A stretch of DNA of 61,477 nt, counting the filler, from Vannella sp. (taxonomy: Eukaryota): NCBI GenBank assembly GCA_023345925.1. It is 4 parts of 4 records of this genome, joined end to end, with 100 filler letters (N's around TTAATTAATTAA, not from the genome) between each part and the next. Parts side by side here need not be neighbours in the genome. Positions count along the whole stretch, not along the records: positions 46,350 to 61,477 come from JAJQQN010001082.1; 3 more parts are not named here. One strand, 5' to 3'. The notes under the pieces were generated by a model that had not been told where the DNA came from, did no database searches, and saw only the letters and a list, made by a program, of their open reading frames with translations. This document shows, piece after piece, positions 46,250 through 58,722 of the stretch. How positions within the stretch are numbered: position 1 is the stretch's first letter; each line of letters starts with the position of its first letter. A program made the translations under genes and the position numbers.

Positions 46250-46349
46250 NNNNNNNNNNNNNNNNNNNNNNNNNNNNNNNNNNNNNNNNNNNNTTAATTA
46301 ATTAANNNNNNNNNNNNNNNNNNNNNNNNNNNNNNNNNNNNNNNNNNNN
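46250..46349. other. Artificial contig-joining linker
   Basis: N44-TTAATTAATTAA-N44. Confidence 0.97.
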
Positions 46350-47605
46350 CAGGGACGTTCGGATCGCTGGGAGCGGGCTACGTTACGCTCTTCCTATGAG
46401 CTTTTGACCAAGTTCTTACGAACAAGCCAGCGGTCTTTGGAGAAGGAGATTGCGCGTGTGGCAGACAACATCACCGCCCAAACCAAGCAGACGGAGGACC
46501 GGGAGGCGGGTTTGGACTTTTACCGCGCTCAGGTGAAGCGCTTACGAGAACTACGTGGCAAGATGGAGAAGGCAAACGAGATGGAGCTCCGTTTCCTCTC
46601 TGACATCCAACAGAGGCTGCAGAACGCCCAAACACCCAAACCGCAAGACACTTGCGGGGAGTCACCGAGTGTACATGACTGGTACGCTGTACGACTGACA
46701 AGCATCATTGCCGACTACCTGTTGAGAGAAGGCTACTCGAAATCGGCCCAAATCCTCCTGCAGCGAGTGGAACTGAAAGGTCTCATCGATGTGGAGATCT
46801 ATCGGACGCTGGCTCGCGTCTGCAGTGATTTGCAAGCACAAAGTTGCAAGGAAGCACTCAAATGGTGTGGAGAGAATCGCTCTCGCCTGCACAAAGTAGA
46901 AGTACGCCCCCTTTCCCGTCCCCACAACCTTTGCTTACCTGACTTCCTCAAGAGCAAGCTTGAACTCGAGCTGCGGAAACAAGAGTTCCTCGTGATTGTT
47001 AGCAGGAGCAAGCTAGAGGCAATAGCATACGCGAGACAGTGGTTCCCTCCCTACACGATCACGCACCAGAAAGAGATTGCAAGGGTGATGGGCGCCTTGG
47101 CCTATCCCAGGCTCCAAGGCAGCCCCTACGAGTCCCTCCTCTCTGAGGAGTGCTGGAAGCTCTTAGAAGAGCATTTTCTACGTGAAAGCTGCAAGCTGAA
47201 TGGTCTCCCTTCTGTTGCCATGCTTCTTATCGATCTCCGGGCTGGTTTAACGGCCTTGAAGACAGAGTGAGTCAGCTTTACACGCAAAGGTACACACACT
47301 GATAGTACTACAGCAACTGCTTTGAAGAGAGCGATGCTCTGCTCAACTGTCCTGTCTGCCAGCCCCCTTACAAAGCTCTGGCGGAGGAGCTGCCATTCTC
47401 TCATCGCCAGAACTCGACTCTGCTCTGTCGCATCACTGGGAGAGTCATGGATGACAATAACCCACCAATGGCCTTCCCCAATGGCTACATCTACAGCTTG
47501 GAGGCCATGGACTCGATGGCCTTGAACCATGGAGGGGTGGTCACCTGCCCTCGGACACAGCTGAGCTGCAAGCGGAGTGAACTTCGAAAGGTGTTCATAT
47601 CCTAA
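46350..47605 (+). CDS. MAEA: CTLH/GID complex E3 subunit MAEA (Gid9/Fyv10), 5'-partial
   Basis: TLRSSYELLTK, LisH (IADYLLREGY), CTLH (ALKWCGENR), GLTALKT, and degenerate RING CPVC...MDDNNPPMAFPNG...CPRT. Confidence 0.88.
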
Positions 47606-47680
47606 AGTGTCTTTGTTGATCAGAAGGAGCAGGAGGGAGGGACCTCTGGGTCTGCTGCAAAGGAGAATCATTCAACCAGC

Positions 47681-47966
47681 CTAGAAGATAGTTCCAGGCA
47701 CTTCCCCTGCAGTCTCGGTGACGCGAATACACTTGATAGCCTTCCTCTCCCTATCAGTCTCCCTGATCACTTCCACAGCCCCTCTAACTCACACGTCGGA
47801 CCACACCGCGGGTAGCTGCATTGTTGCGATGATAAACCATATCATGAGGGCGCTTCAGACCCAAGATCCGCAACGCCTCTCGCACTGCAGGCGTCTTTCT
47901 AGCCAGACCACGGGTCATCGTCACCAGCAACAGCGGGAACCGAGGAGGGACCGCTTGCACAATCAT
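47681..47966 (-). CDS. Bacterial-type (mitochondrial) ribosomal protein uL30
   Basis: LLVTMTRGLARK....REALRILGLKRPHDMVYHRNNAATRGVVRRA. One intron at about 47741-47792. Confidence 0.8.
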
Positions 47967-48168
47967 CAAGAAGAGAAATAATGCTCCATAATCCCCTTTG
48001 ATAAACCTTAAAAAACCAGGACTTAGAGGAGATGTAAACAGTTGAATAGAAGAGAATCGAATGGACCAATCAGGAGTGATCTTGATGGAATCCCACGCTT
48101 TTGATTGGCTGATAGACCCTGGTTCGGAGATGGACTAGAATATTCGTTGTTGTCGGGTTCGGGGGGAC

Positions 48169-51100
48169 ATGCTTGAGGGGCTTGCTGCTACGCTGCTCTC
48201 TCGTTACCTGGGAAAGTACTTGGATGGGCTGCAGCGTGAGAACTTGAATGTCTCGCTGGGCGCGGGAGACTTGGTTCTGGAGAACTTGCAGCTCAAGAAG
48301 GAAGCATTGGACGATCTAGAGCTTCCCATTCAAGTTTGCGGAGGTCTGTTGAACAACGGGCTACCATGAAGCACTAACATGCGACACAGGCACGTTGGGT
48401 ACACTACGCTTGACGATTCCTTGGAAGCGCCTCAAATCGGAGCCGGCGGTGATTCGTTTGGAGGACCTTTTCATTCTCGTCGCTCCGCGCTCTTCCTCAG
48501 ACTCTGATAAGGATGCCAGGAAGCAGAGAGAGCGCAAGATCAAGCGGCGCAACCTTCAATTGGCAGAGTTGATGGGAGCTCAAGGTGGTGCTCAAGCAGA
48601 ACCAGAGCCAGCTGCCGATAGCGGTGGATACTTCTCTTCATACGTCTCTCTCATCGTCAACAACCTCCAAATCTACATAGACCGAGTTCACATCCGCTAT
48701 GAGGACGCGGTTAGCAACCCACAGGTACACTCGCCACCCTCTTGGTTACTGCATGCTCTGACCTCTCCTTTTGAAGAACCCTTTTGTGATGGGAATCACC
48801 CTGGAAGAGATCCATGCCGAAACAGCCGATGAAGACTGGCAGAGCTCTTTCCTGGGCTCTGGGAATGACGCTCAAATCGTCCACAAGCTCGTTTCACTCA
48901 AAAACCTTGCCGTTTATTGGAACAACGACCAGAAACCTTCTCAATTTGAAGATAACGATGTCATGCGTTCCCAAATGGCCAACTGGGTACTGTTCCAATT
49001 CACTGTTGACGCTCTTGCTGACTTTCCCTCCAGATCCACACGGACAGCCGACCTCAGGAACACAACTACCTCCTCAAGCCCATCTGTGCCACCCTCAAAA
49101 TGGTTCTGAATCGAGACCCGATACCGGACATGGCCATTCCGAAGATGACTTTAAGTTTTGTCTTTGACCAAATCGGCCTTTCGCTATCTGCAAGGCAATA
49201 CCGTGATATCTTAGACACTGTGGAGTACTTTCAGCGCTGCAACAAGTACGGGCGCTTCAATCATCATCGACCAACAATCCCTCTTAGCCAGGATCCATTG
49301 GCTTACTGGAAATTCGCGAGTGGGTCTCTCTTCTATGATGGGGTTCAGTGTCACTGACGGGTTGGTTGGGATTGAAGTTCTTTGTAAGCAGGAAGAATTT
49401 TCTGCTCGTCGGAGGCGTTGGAAATGGTCTGCCATTCGACGAATGCGCCAGAAGCGGTTAGAGTATATTGACCTCTATTGCAAGAAGAAGCGCAGCAGTA
49501 AGAGCGCTCTGACAGCCACTGAAGAGGCTCGGTTTCAGCAATTAGAGGATAGACTGGAGTACGAGACGACTCTACTCTTCCGTTCTCTTGCACAGAAGTA
49601 TTTGGAGAAGGATCAAGCCTACATTGCCTCTCGCAAGCAAGAGATAGCCCAGTCAAGTAGTGGACAATCATGGCTAGGCCGAGTATGGAGCTATGTGCCC
49701 GGGACAGGTACCGACCTCTCACTACAACTGACGGACGATATTATGAAAGAGATATACACTGAAATGGACGCTCAAGAGGAACAACCATTCCAAGTTGCTA
49801 ATGTGCCAAAGGAATACGTCAAGACACGGGTGAACTTTGAATTGCAAAAGGGCCTCTTAGAGCTCCGCCATGGTAGCGGGTTGCCAATAGCCAGTGCCAA
49901 TTTCGATGGGTTTCACATCTCCCTCGAGAAGCGCCTCGATAGCATGTCATTCTCCGGAAATCTCGAGTCAATGGGAGTGACAGACCACTTTACACCTGAC
50001 TCTAAGTTCCCACAGCTCATCTCTCAGAGCCACCAAATCCGAGAGGACCTTTCAGAAGGCGAGGACGACGAAGATGCTTATTTCTTTTCTCTGATGGTAG
50101 ACATCAATCCGCTTGATTCGATCGCTGATTACCGCTTGTTGTTAAGCACGCGCCCTCTCAATGTGATTCTCTCCAAAGTTTTCATCAACCGTGTTGTCAG
50201 CTTCTTTAACAAACCAATCACGCAAATTCGACGAAGAAAGATGGCAGAGTTCAACGTTCGAGCGTACACCCGCTTGCAAGAGATTCGGCAGCAGACAGAA
50301 GATCAGCTTATTCAAGCGATGGCTGATCGAAAGGTGTTTGATGTCCAAGTTCATCTGTCCGCACCAAATGTGATGGTTCCAAAGGACTTTACAGACGAGC
50401 ACACGCCTACTCTCGTCCTTGTTCTTGGTACTTTATCGGTGTCGTCAGACTTGCGTGAGCGACAAAGGGCAGGTGGAAGTTCCGCCTTGGAGCTCGAAGA
50501 CTCAGACAAAACGACTGCAACACTCGAAGGATTTGAAGAGCTGGTTCGGATGGCCAACGAGAATGAGCGAGGTGAAGCCAACGCAGAAAAGAACTTTGGA
50601 TATCTTTATGACAAATTTTACCTCTCTCTAACATCTCTGGAGGCAGGAGTAACCCGGAGGGCATTGGATATCAATAGCATTTATTCCAGTCCTGATGAGA
50701 ACTTGATAGAGAAGTTTGATGTAAATCTGTACTTAGAGGTGTGCAATATCGAGTCTTTCGAGCTCCCCAAAGTCATTATCTCAGGGACCCTCCCATCTCT
50801 GCGATTAAACGTGTCTCCAGAGAAGACTACCAGTATCATGAAGATCCTGAACACGCTGAACCAGTCCTCTTCAAGAACATCTGAAGCTGAGAATTATCCG
50901 GTAGCTGAGATTATCGAAAATGATGACACGAGCCAACTTCAAGAAAGTACTGAATTGAGTCCTAACGCTGCTCCAGCAGAGGAGCAGAACGTCTCTCCTG
51001 AACTCAAGGCCCAGAAGAAGCAGATGCAAATCAACTTCTCCATTCCAGAAGCTTCCATTCTCTTCTCGGAAGATGCAGTCGAAATAGCTTTGATTCACTT

Positions 51101-54100
51101 GAAGGGAATATCCGCTTCATATCTCAAGCGAACTCACGATATCCATGTCACCTTAGCTCTTCACGGAATGATTATCGAGGACCGATTACAGCCTTGGGGA
51201 CCTTCATTCCGTTTACTGGCTTCTTCTGAAACTGCCAATTCTCTTACTCAATCATCAGGTGTCGACGATCTTATTTGCATCAATTTCGATGGAGTGTCGC
51301 CTGATGCACCTCATTACCAGCAAGTGAATCACGCTGTCCACTTCCGATTCAGCAAAGTTCATGTTATACTCAACCGAGAGACGATTATCAAGCTAGTTGG
51401 ATGCGTGAAGAGTATTCAGCAGTCTCTTAGAAGTGACACAGTGCCGACAGAATCCTCTTCTGAACCACACAGTGACACCATAGTACCTGAAGTGGTTCCT
51501 GTTACTCCTGTCCCGCGTGATAGAGTCTTATTCGCCGTCCGAGCCGAGTTCCGTGACATCAGTTTCTCTATGAATGACACTGGAGTAGAAATAGGCACGA
51601 TTCAGCTCCGCAACAGCACCTTCTCTTTCAAAATGCGACCAGATACCGTTCACGTGGAGGGAAAACTAGGAAATCTGCGCATTCAAGACCTTGATCCTGG
51701 ATCCACCCGCTATCCGGAAATGTTTGACTCCGGAAACGAGTCCGACATGGTCACATTTAGCTACGAGACCTTCTCTGCGACCCAACCTGACTTTCCTGGT
51801 TATGGGGTCCTCTTATCAATCAAGATCAATTCAATCCGGTACACATGGATAGAACGCTTCCAACTGCGAGTTCGTAATTACTTTAGCGAGATTTCTGAGA
51901 TGCAGCGTATCTTATCCTCAACAGCAAGTTCTGCAGCTGCTGCGATTATTACCAAAGAGAAGATGCTCTTCTGCTACGAGATTCAGTTGAATAACCCGTA
52001 CATTGTGATTCCTCAGAACGTTGACAGCGACCACGCATTAATTATTGATTTGGGGCGCATCCTTATCGCCAAGCAGTTTCCTGTGAACGAGGAAGGTGTC
52101 ATGATGAACCGTATCTTTGTTGATGTGAAGGCGATGAATTGGAAGACAGGAGTTCTCAATAGTGATAATTATCGAGCGGTTCTTGACGACACAGACCTTC
52201 AAATGTGGTGGGAGAAGCCTGAAGACGAATCTATTCAAGCAGACCACATTTACCCTGGCTTGAACGTCTGGATTTCCTTCCCACGACTTCGTCTTACCTT
52301 ATCGGAATACCAGTCCTACCAAATCTGCGATACTGTTAGGCAAAACATCTGTGCAGAACCAACAGCGCATGAATTGATGGTTCTCGCTCTGAAGCGTGAG
52401 CTTTCCGAGCAAGAAGTAGCTCCTTCTAACCTGTCTCAAACGTTGTCTATTCTGAACAACTATTCGTCCTCATCTGCCACTGTAATTGACCTGGAGGAAC
52501 AAGAAACTGATTACGAATTGCCCAAACCAGTCGAGTTTGCATTCCAGCCCGAGGATGAGAAGTGGGTGGAAATGCACATTTCCTTTCATATTGATAAGTG
52601 GATCATTGAAGCTCTCAAAGACAGTGGAGAGGATGAAGATGGGAACAGTACAATGTCAGGAGACCTCGAGATCTTACATTGGGACATGCAGTACACCACC
52701 TATTCGAATGGCAGCCAACTTGGAATGTTTATTATGCACATAATGCGAATTTGCGACCGCCGCGCCAACACTCCAAGCCACTTTAAGGAGATTCTCACTC
52801 CTTTGGGACCTGGAGTTGGCAAACTAAGATCCAACAGCGTCCCAGGAGTCCGCAAAACAGTGCCTGCTAACATTGTGGGAGCCTGGGCAGATAAGGACAA
52901 CATGTGGGAGTGTCGCTATGAACGGGGAGCCGACGGATATTCAGAAATGTCGTATTCGTGGGACCACTGCTACTTCATTGCCGTACCAGAAGCCATCTTC
53001 GATATCTATGACGTGATTCGCCCGATTATTTTTGACGACATTGTCCCTGCTGTTGATGTGTGGCGACTATGGAGGAATCCAGAGGCTGCTCAGGTAGTAG
53101 TGCCGCCTTCCCATCAAAGTCAAGAGATGAAGATGACCATGGCCATCACCAGCTCAGAAGTCTTCCTGCTAGAAGATCCTAGCCAGATTAACACTCAATC
53201 TCTTGTCATCCGATCTACGTTCAGCATCATCTTCAAAAGAGATAATCGCACCAATCGCCGCAATTGGTGCATCATGGTGGATCAAATGGAGTCATTCAAG
53301 TGCCGTTTGGCAACAGAAGAGCCAGCCGTTTCCATCATGCAACCATTGAATTGGACTGTTGATGTTCTTTCCGAAGGAGAGGGCAGCAACATTATCTTTA
53401 ACCTCGAACCGATGATTTTCTATTTCTCTTACAAGGACTATCTCACTTGCAAGCGGATTGTTGATAACTGGCTCCCTTGGCTATCAGGTAGGGTAGCACG
53501 CCTTCGTTTACGACCCAAACACCTCCCATTCCGGACCCTATTTGCGAGTTCGAAAGCTGCTTCGGTGGAAACACCAACTACACCTTTGAGGCAAATAGAG
53601 AGCAAGCAAGCACCGCTTGCAAGTGAAGAGGAGGATTCAGAGTACTCGGAGGATGGGACAGACGAAGATGCAGCAGCATACTGTGCCCAATTGGACCCCG
53701 CTATTCAAGCAAAAATGAGTTTAAATGGTGCCACGGACGAATATGTCTCGCTTGTGGAGGATGAGGATGATGCAGACCTTTTGTGTGAAGACGACTCGAA
53801 GACGATTGTTCTAGCTGATTTGCTTCAGCGGGACTCTGCCATTTCTGTGACAGACAGCATGCGTTACGGAGCTGCAGCGCGAAATCTTTCTATTCCGACA
53901 TCTATTGAAGAGGAATACACTCCTAAGGAAGAAGCAGAGCAACTGTTAGAGCTACGAACTGGTGGATTTAAATTCATTCTGATTGACGACTCTCTTCAGA
54001 GCCATAACAGTCCCTTGGCCACTATATTCATGGAAAACTTTAACGTTGAACTGTCCAATTGGAGCTCTGGGCTCAAGATTCTGGTCGTTTCTGAGCTGAG

Positions 54101-57100
54101 AGTGGATTACTATCACACGCAATTGGAGGTTTGGGAGCCTGTCATTGAGCCGTGGTTCTTCCAATTCCTCATCAGCCGAGCCCCTGCTCCAAATCCACCA
54201 TTAGCAAAGTATCGTGTCTATGCCAGCAAGCGATGTGAGATCAATGTGACTGCTGCCATGATTGAGACGACTCTCAACACAATTGAAGCAATTAGCAGCC
54301 GTGTCGACTCTGCCTCTGCAGAGTTACCACCTCTTCTCCATCCGTACATCATACGCAATGAGACAGGACTCCCCCTATCATACTGGCTCTCTAATGGAGA
54401 CGAATATCGCCTATTTGACCTCGAGCCAGACGCTGAGCGATCACTTCAGGATGCCTCAACAGGTCGTATTTCACAAAGTAAACCAAGAAAGCGCACAGAC
54501 GCTGTGGTGCTCCCTCCGAGTGTGAGCTTAATTGTTGATGGCGAGTACACGCCAGTCAAGAACATTCCCATCGAGAAGGTGGGAACGTATCTCACTCGAG
54601 TCTCTCCGGTGGACAAAGCTGCTTGGTTGGCATGCGATGTGTCATTCAGGACAGGAAGTAAGGTCTTGACAGTGAAATCTAACATCCAAGTGACGAACCA
54701 CACGGTCACTCCACTTGAGATTATTGCAGTGGTAGAGTACAAAGATTCAACGATCCTCGACCCCATTGCACCTGGCCAGACGGTGTCCATCCCACTGGCT
54801 TTTGCTCCTAGTGGAAGCGTTCAAATGCGCCCAAGTAGCACGTATCGATGGAATGAGGGAGAGTTGCTCCTGTTTAAGATTCAAAGGCTCAAAAGGCAAC
54901 GCTTCGTGCGATGCCAGAAGTTAAGAGGAGTCCGTGGTGATGGTACGATGGTGGAATTCTTCTATAATGTATTCTTATCCACTTCCCACTCTGGAAAGAT
55001 CCACCATATCAATGTACATCCTCCCTTGTCCATAGTGAACCTCCTGCCAAGTACAATGGAGTTCCGTATCATCCACAAAAACACCAAAATGACTCTTCAC
55101 AACGCAACTATCTCGAAGGGAGAAACCCAATTCATCCATGATGTCGATCCTTCACAGCCACTGACAATCTCAGTCAAGATTCCTTGCTTTGGCTGGAGTA
55201 AACCCGAAGACATCAATTCAGCCGAACCTTCTGAGCAGCTCAGTCTGCTGGATGAAGCGCGAAGGACTTTGAATCTCCGAATGATTAACATTGTGGAGCT
55301 TTGCGGGATGCGGAGAATCTCTGTGTATGCCCAATATTGGATGGTCAATCATACTGGATTAAGGCTACTCTATCGGCGGTCAGGATTAGACAATGGACTT
55401 GCTGCTGGCCAAAGACAACAGGAAGAACGAAAGATAGTCCTCGGGAGTCAGCCTCGAGACTGGTACCAAGAAGAGGAAGATGACCAAGCTCCTTTCCTCT
55501 TTACAACAGCGTTGTGGAATTTCGATCCTCGCGGTGACTTGGCCCGTGTTTGCATTGCCAACAGCCAGTGGAGCCAAAATCTTAATCTCAATAGCCAAGG
55601 GACCACAGGAGTGTTTGAGGTTCTTGACCAAAAAGAAAGCGGCCGAACAACTCGCTGCTTCTCCCTCTCCATGACTGTTTCAGCCGGACCTGACGTGTTC
55701 TGGCGAACCAAACTGGTGTCATTCTTCCCTCGCTTTGTTATCATCAATAACCTGGGTCAAGACTTTGTATACCATCAACGCGGAACTCTCACGCACTTAT
55801 GTTCTATCCGTCCGGGCGAGAATATTCCTTTCCACTGGGCTGATGACGAGTCACCCCGACAGATTTGTATACGACTGAGCGAGCCTGGGTGGGAATGGAG
55901 CGGAGGGTTTGAGATTAGTGAGTTTGGCACATTCTCATTGAAGATGCGGAACCAACAAGATGACGACTTCTTCTTGGCGCGGATTCGAGTGAAAATGGAC
56001 CAAGCATCGACGTTGATTATTGTCAGCCCCGAAAACATGGAATTCCCTGGTTATCGCGTCGAGAATCTCACTGGAAAGGTCATGCGAATTGCGCAGGTCC
56101 ATTCATCCAAGTTTGACATTCTCCAGCCCCAACAGAGCGTGCCCTATGCTTGGGACTTGCCAATGGCGCCTCATACCGTCATCATCAGTTTCAACGGACA
56201 CGAAGAAGAGCTCGAAGTTGGTTTGGACTATCTCAAATCCTACGTGCCGATTCGGGTGGGTCGCACTCGAGTTCATGTCGTTGTCAGCGCCAAGGGACCC
56301 ACCAAAGTTCTGGCAGTGGAGGCTATCACTGAGGAGAGAACCTCTATGACTTGGGAGACAGTTGATGTGGGAAAGGAAGAGGTTGTAGATCAAGTTCACA
56401 CGGAGTTCCAAGTGGCCATCCAAGGTATCGGGATCAGTATTATTGACGAAACTCCCTTGGAGCTCTCTTATATCACCATAGAAAAGATCCACGCTCGATT
56501 GAGTGATTCTAATTTGCACAAGCGAATGGAATTTAGTATTGGCTGGCTTCAGGTGGACAATCAGCTCTATCAAACACCTTATCCTGTTGTTGTCTATCCC
56601 GTGGCCCAGGCTGGCACTGCTGAGGTGGAGGATCTCCACAATATCTTCTTTGATGTCACACTCTCCATCTCAACCCAAGTGTCTTCTATTCTCTATGTCG
56701 AGAGCTTCTGCGCCTCATTACAGAAAATAGATCTGAAACTGGACGAGGAGTTTGTCCTACATACGATGAAGTTTGTCCGATACATTACTGACTTTTTCAA
56801 GAAGCGCCGCGAACGGCAGAAGGCTCTAATGGAAGAGTCATCTGCATTGCTTGGAGCTGCAGAAGAAGACTTGGCACAGAACTCTATTCGTAGGTCCAGT
56901 GATCTCGGCGCTCTGCCCGAGAGCAAAACGATTCGAAAGTTTGGCACGTACGAGCTGGAGAAGATCAGTGGAGTGGACAACAAGTTCATTTACTTTGAAG
57001 TCCTCCGCATCCTTCCTATCAAAGTGAATTTTAGTTTTGCCAACGTTCCTGGGGCCTTACGTGACCAAGACACGATGATTAGTAGAATTCTTTCACGTGG

Positions 57101-58304
57101 TGGAGTCCTTGCTAATATTGATAGCGCACCGCTTGTCCTGGGAGAGCTGATTCTCGAGCATCCCTTCCTTTCTCGCAGCGAAACTCTTGACCGCATATCG
57201 AAGCACTACGTTAGCAGTGCCATTCGAGAGTTCCATAAGATGTTGGGTTCTGCTGACTTCCTAGGAAGTCCCATTAGCTTCGTTAGAACAATGGGCACTG
57301 GATTTTATGACTTTTTTAACGAACCGCGCCAGCATATGGACAGTCCCTACGAATTTAGTAAGGGAGTGGCTCGTGGAACCCAAAGTCTTCTCAAGAACTC
57401 CACATGGGGTGCTTTCAACTCTGCTGCTAAGCTCAGTAGCACGGTGGGCAAAGGAGCTGCTGAGTTGACCTTTGACAAGTCATATGTTCGCGAACGTGAG
57501 TTACTCTCTCGAGAGAAACCTTTGCATCTCTTCCAAGGCGTTGCTTTTGGTCTTCGCGACTTCGGACTGGGCTGCTTCCAAGGTGTCGGAGGCCTTCTGG
57601 TAAGTCGTTGTCCTCCTTTGCTTCATTTTCTTACTTTTTTTTGAACTTAGTATGAGCCATTGAGAGGAGCCTACGATGACCAACTTGCTGGAATGGTCAA
57701 AGGCATTGGGCGAGGTGTCATTGGATTTGGACTCAAGCCTATGATTGGTGCAGTTGATTTAGTGACGAGAACAGCAGAAGGAGTGAGAAACACTGCTACT
57801 TATTGGGATGAAATTAGGCGTGGTCGCATTCGCCCTCCGCGCTATTTTGGACGAGATACTGTCTTGGAAACCTTTTCCGAGTACAAAGCATGCGGTCAGG
57901 AGATGCTTTATACAGTAGAACGCGGTCGCTATCGCTCAGAGTTCTACATGCACCACATTGAGGAAGAGACAACAATCATACTCATCTCCGATTTCCATAT
58001 CCTTTCAGTCAGCCGATTTGATACCAAACAAGAAGACTGGCATGTTAAGATATCAGGTTTGTTTCACATTCCCATCCCTAACAGTTCTGGCACTAACACC
58101 AGAGTCATCTCAGAAATTTGTGGAATAGAGACGGACAAAAGAGGTGTCCTTCTTCATCTTTCTGACTTTATCTCGAGCAGTGCCTTTGAGAGCCCCACAC
58201 ACAAACGAGTCATCTTTTGCCGCTCTCAAAATCGCCAGCAAGTGTACAACGTCCTTCTCTACTGGCTCCAAATTCTCAAACATCCTTCCATTTCAGCTGA
58301 ATAA
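48169..58304 (+). CDS. VPS13: Vps13-family bridge-like lipid transfer protein (over 3000 aa)
   Basis: Chorein N-terminus MLEGLAATLLSRYLGKY, WEPVIEPW, VAB repeats (IRNETG, PRFVIINN), LQVDNQL, LGSADFLGSP, ATG2-C-like RIRPPRY and a C-terminal PH-like domain. About 6 introns. Confidence 0.95.
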
Positions 58305-58722
58305 GCCTCGCAAGGATCACTTTCCCTCAGTGATACAAATACAGATGAGGCGCGGATGAGATGCAATGTTTGTGAGTTATTGGAGTGAATAGACTGGATT
58401 TATCATTTCTGAGCTCCTGATTGGTGGGTATTTTAAACTTTTTGGACCGCATTGCTGCTTTTCTTCAAGATGCTTGTGGAAAGGGAGGAAAAGGGATTCC
58501 TGAGGGAGAATTTTGTAGCTGTTCCCAGTTCTGTTTTGGGTTTGGGCACAAATCCTGTTTTGGGGGTTTTGCCTTTTTTGGCCGAGTGAAAGGCTTCCCG
58601 TCGTGATTATCAATTGATCATTAGTTGATGGCTGAGGCGGAATTCAGCAGATTCCGTTAAACTCAGAATGGGCACCAAGATTGGTGAGTTGTGTGAGGTA
58701 CGACGGGAAAATCCATTTTTTC

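Noticed and set aside
21224..46349. Three identical TTAATTAATTAA palindromes flanked by Ns
   Set aside because: These are artificial six-frame-stop linkers. Gene adjacency across them carries no biological meaning.
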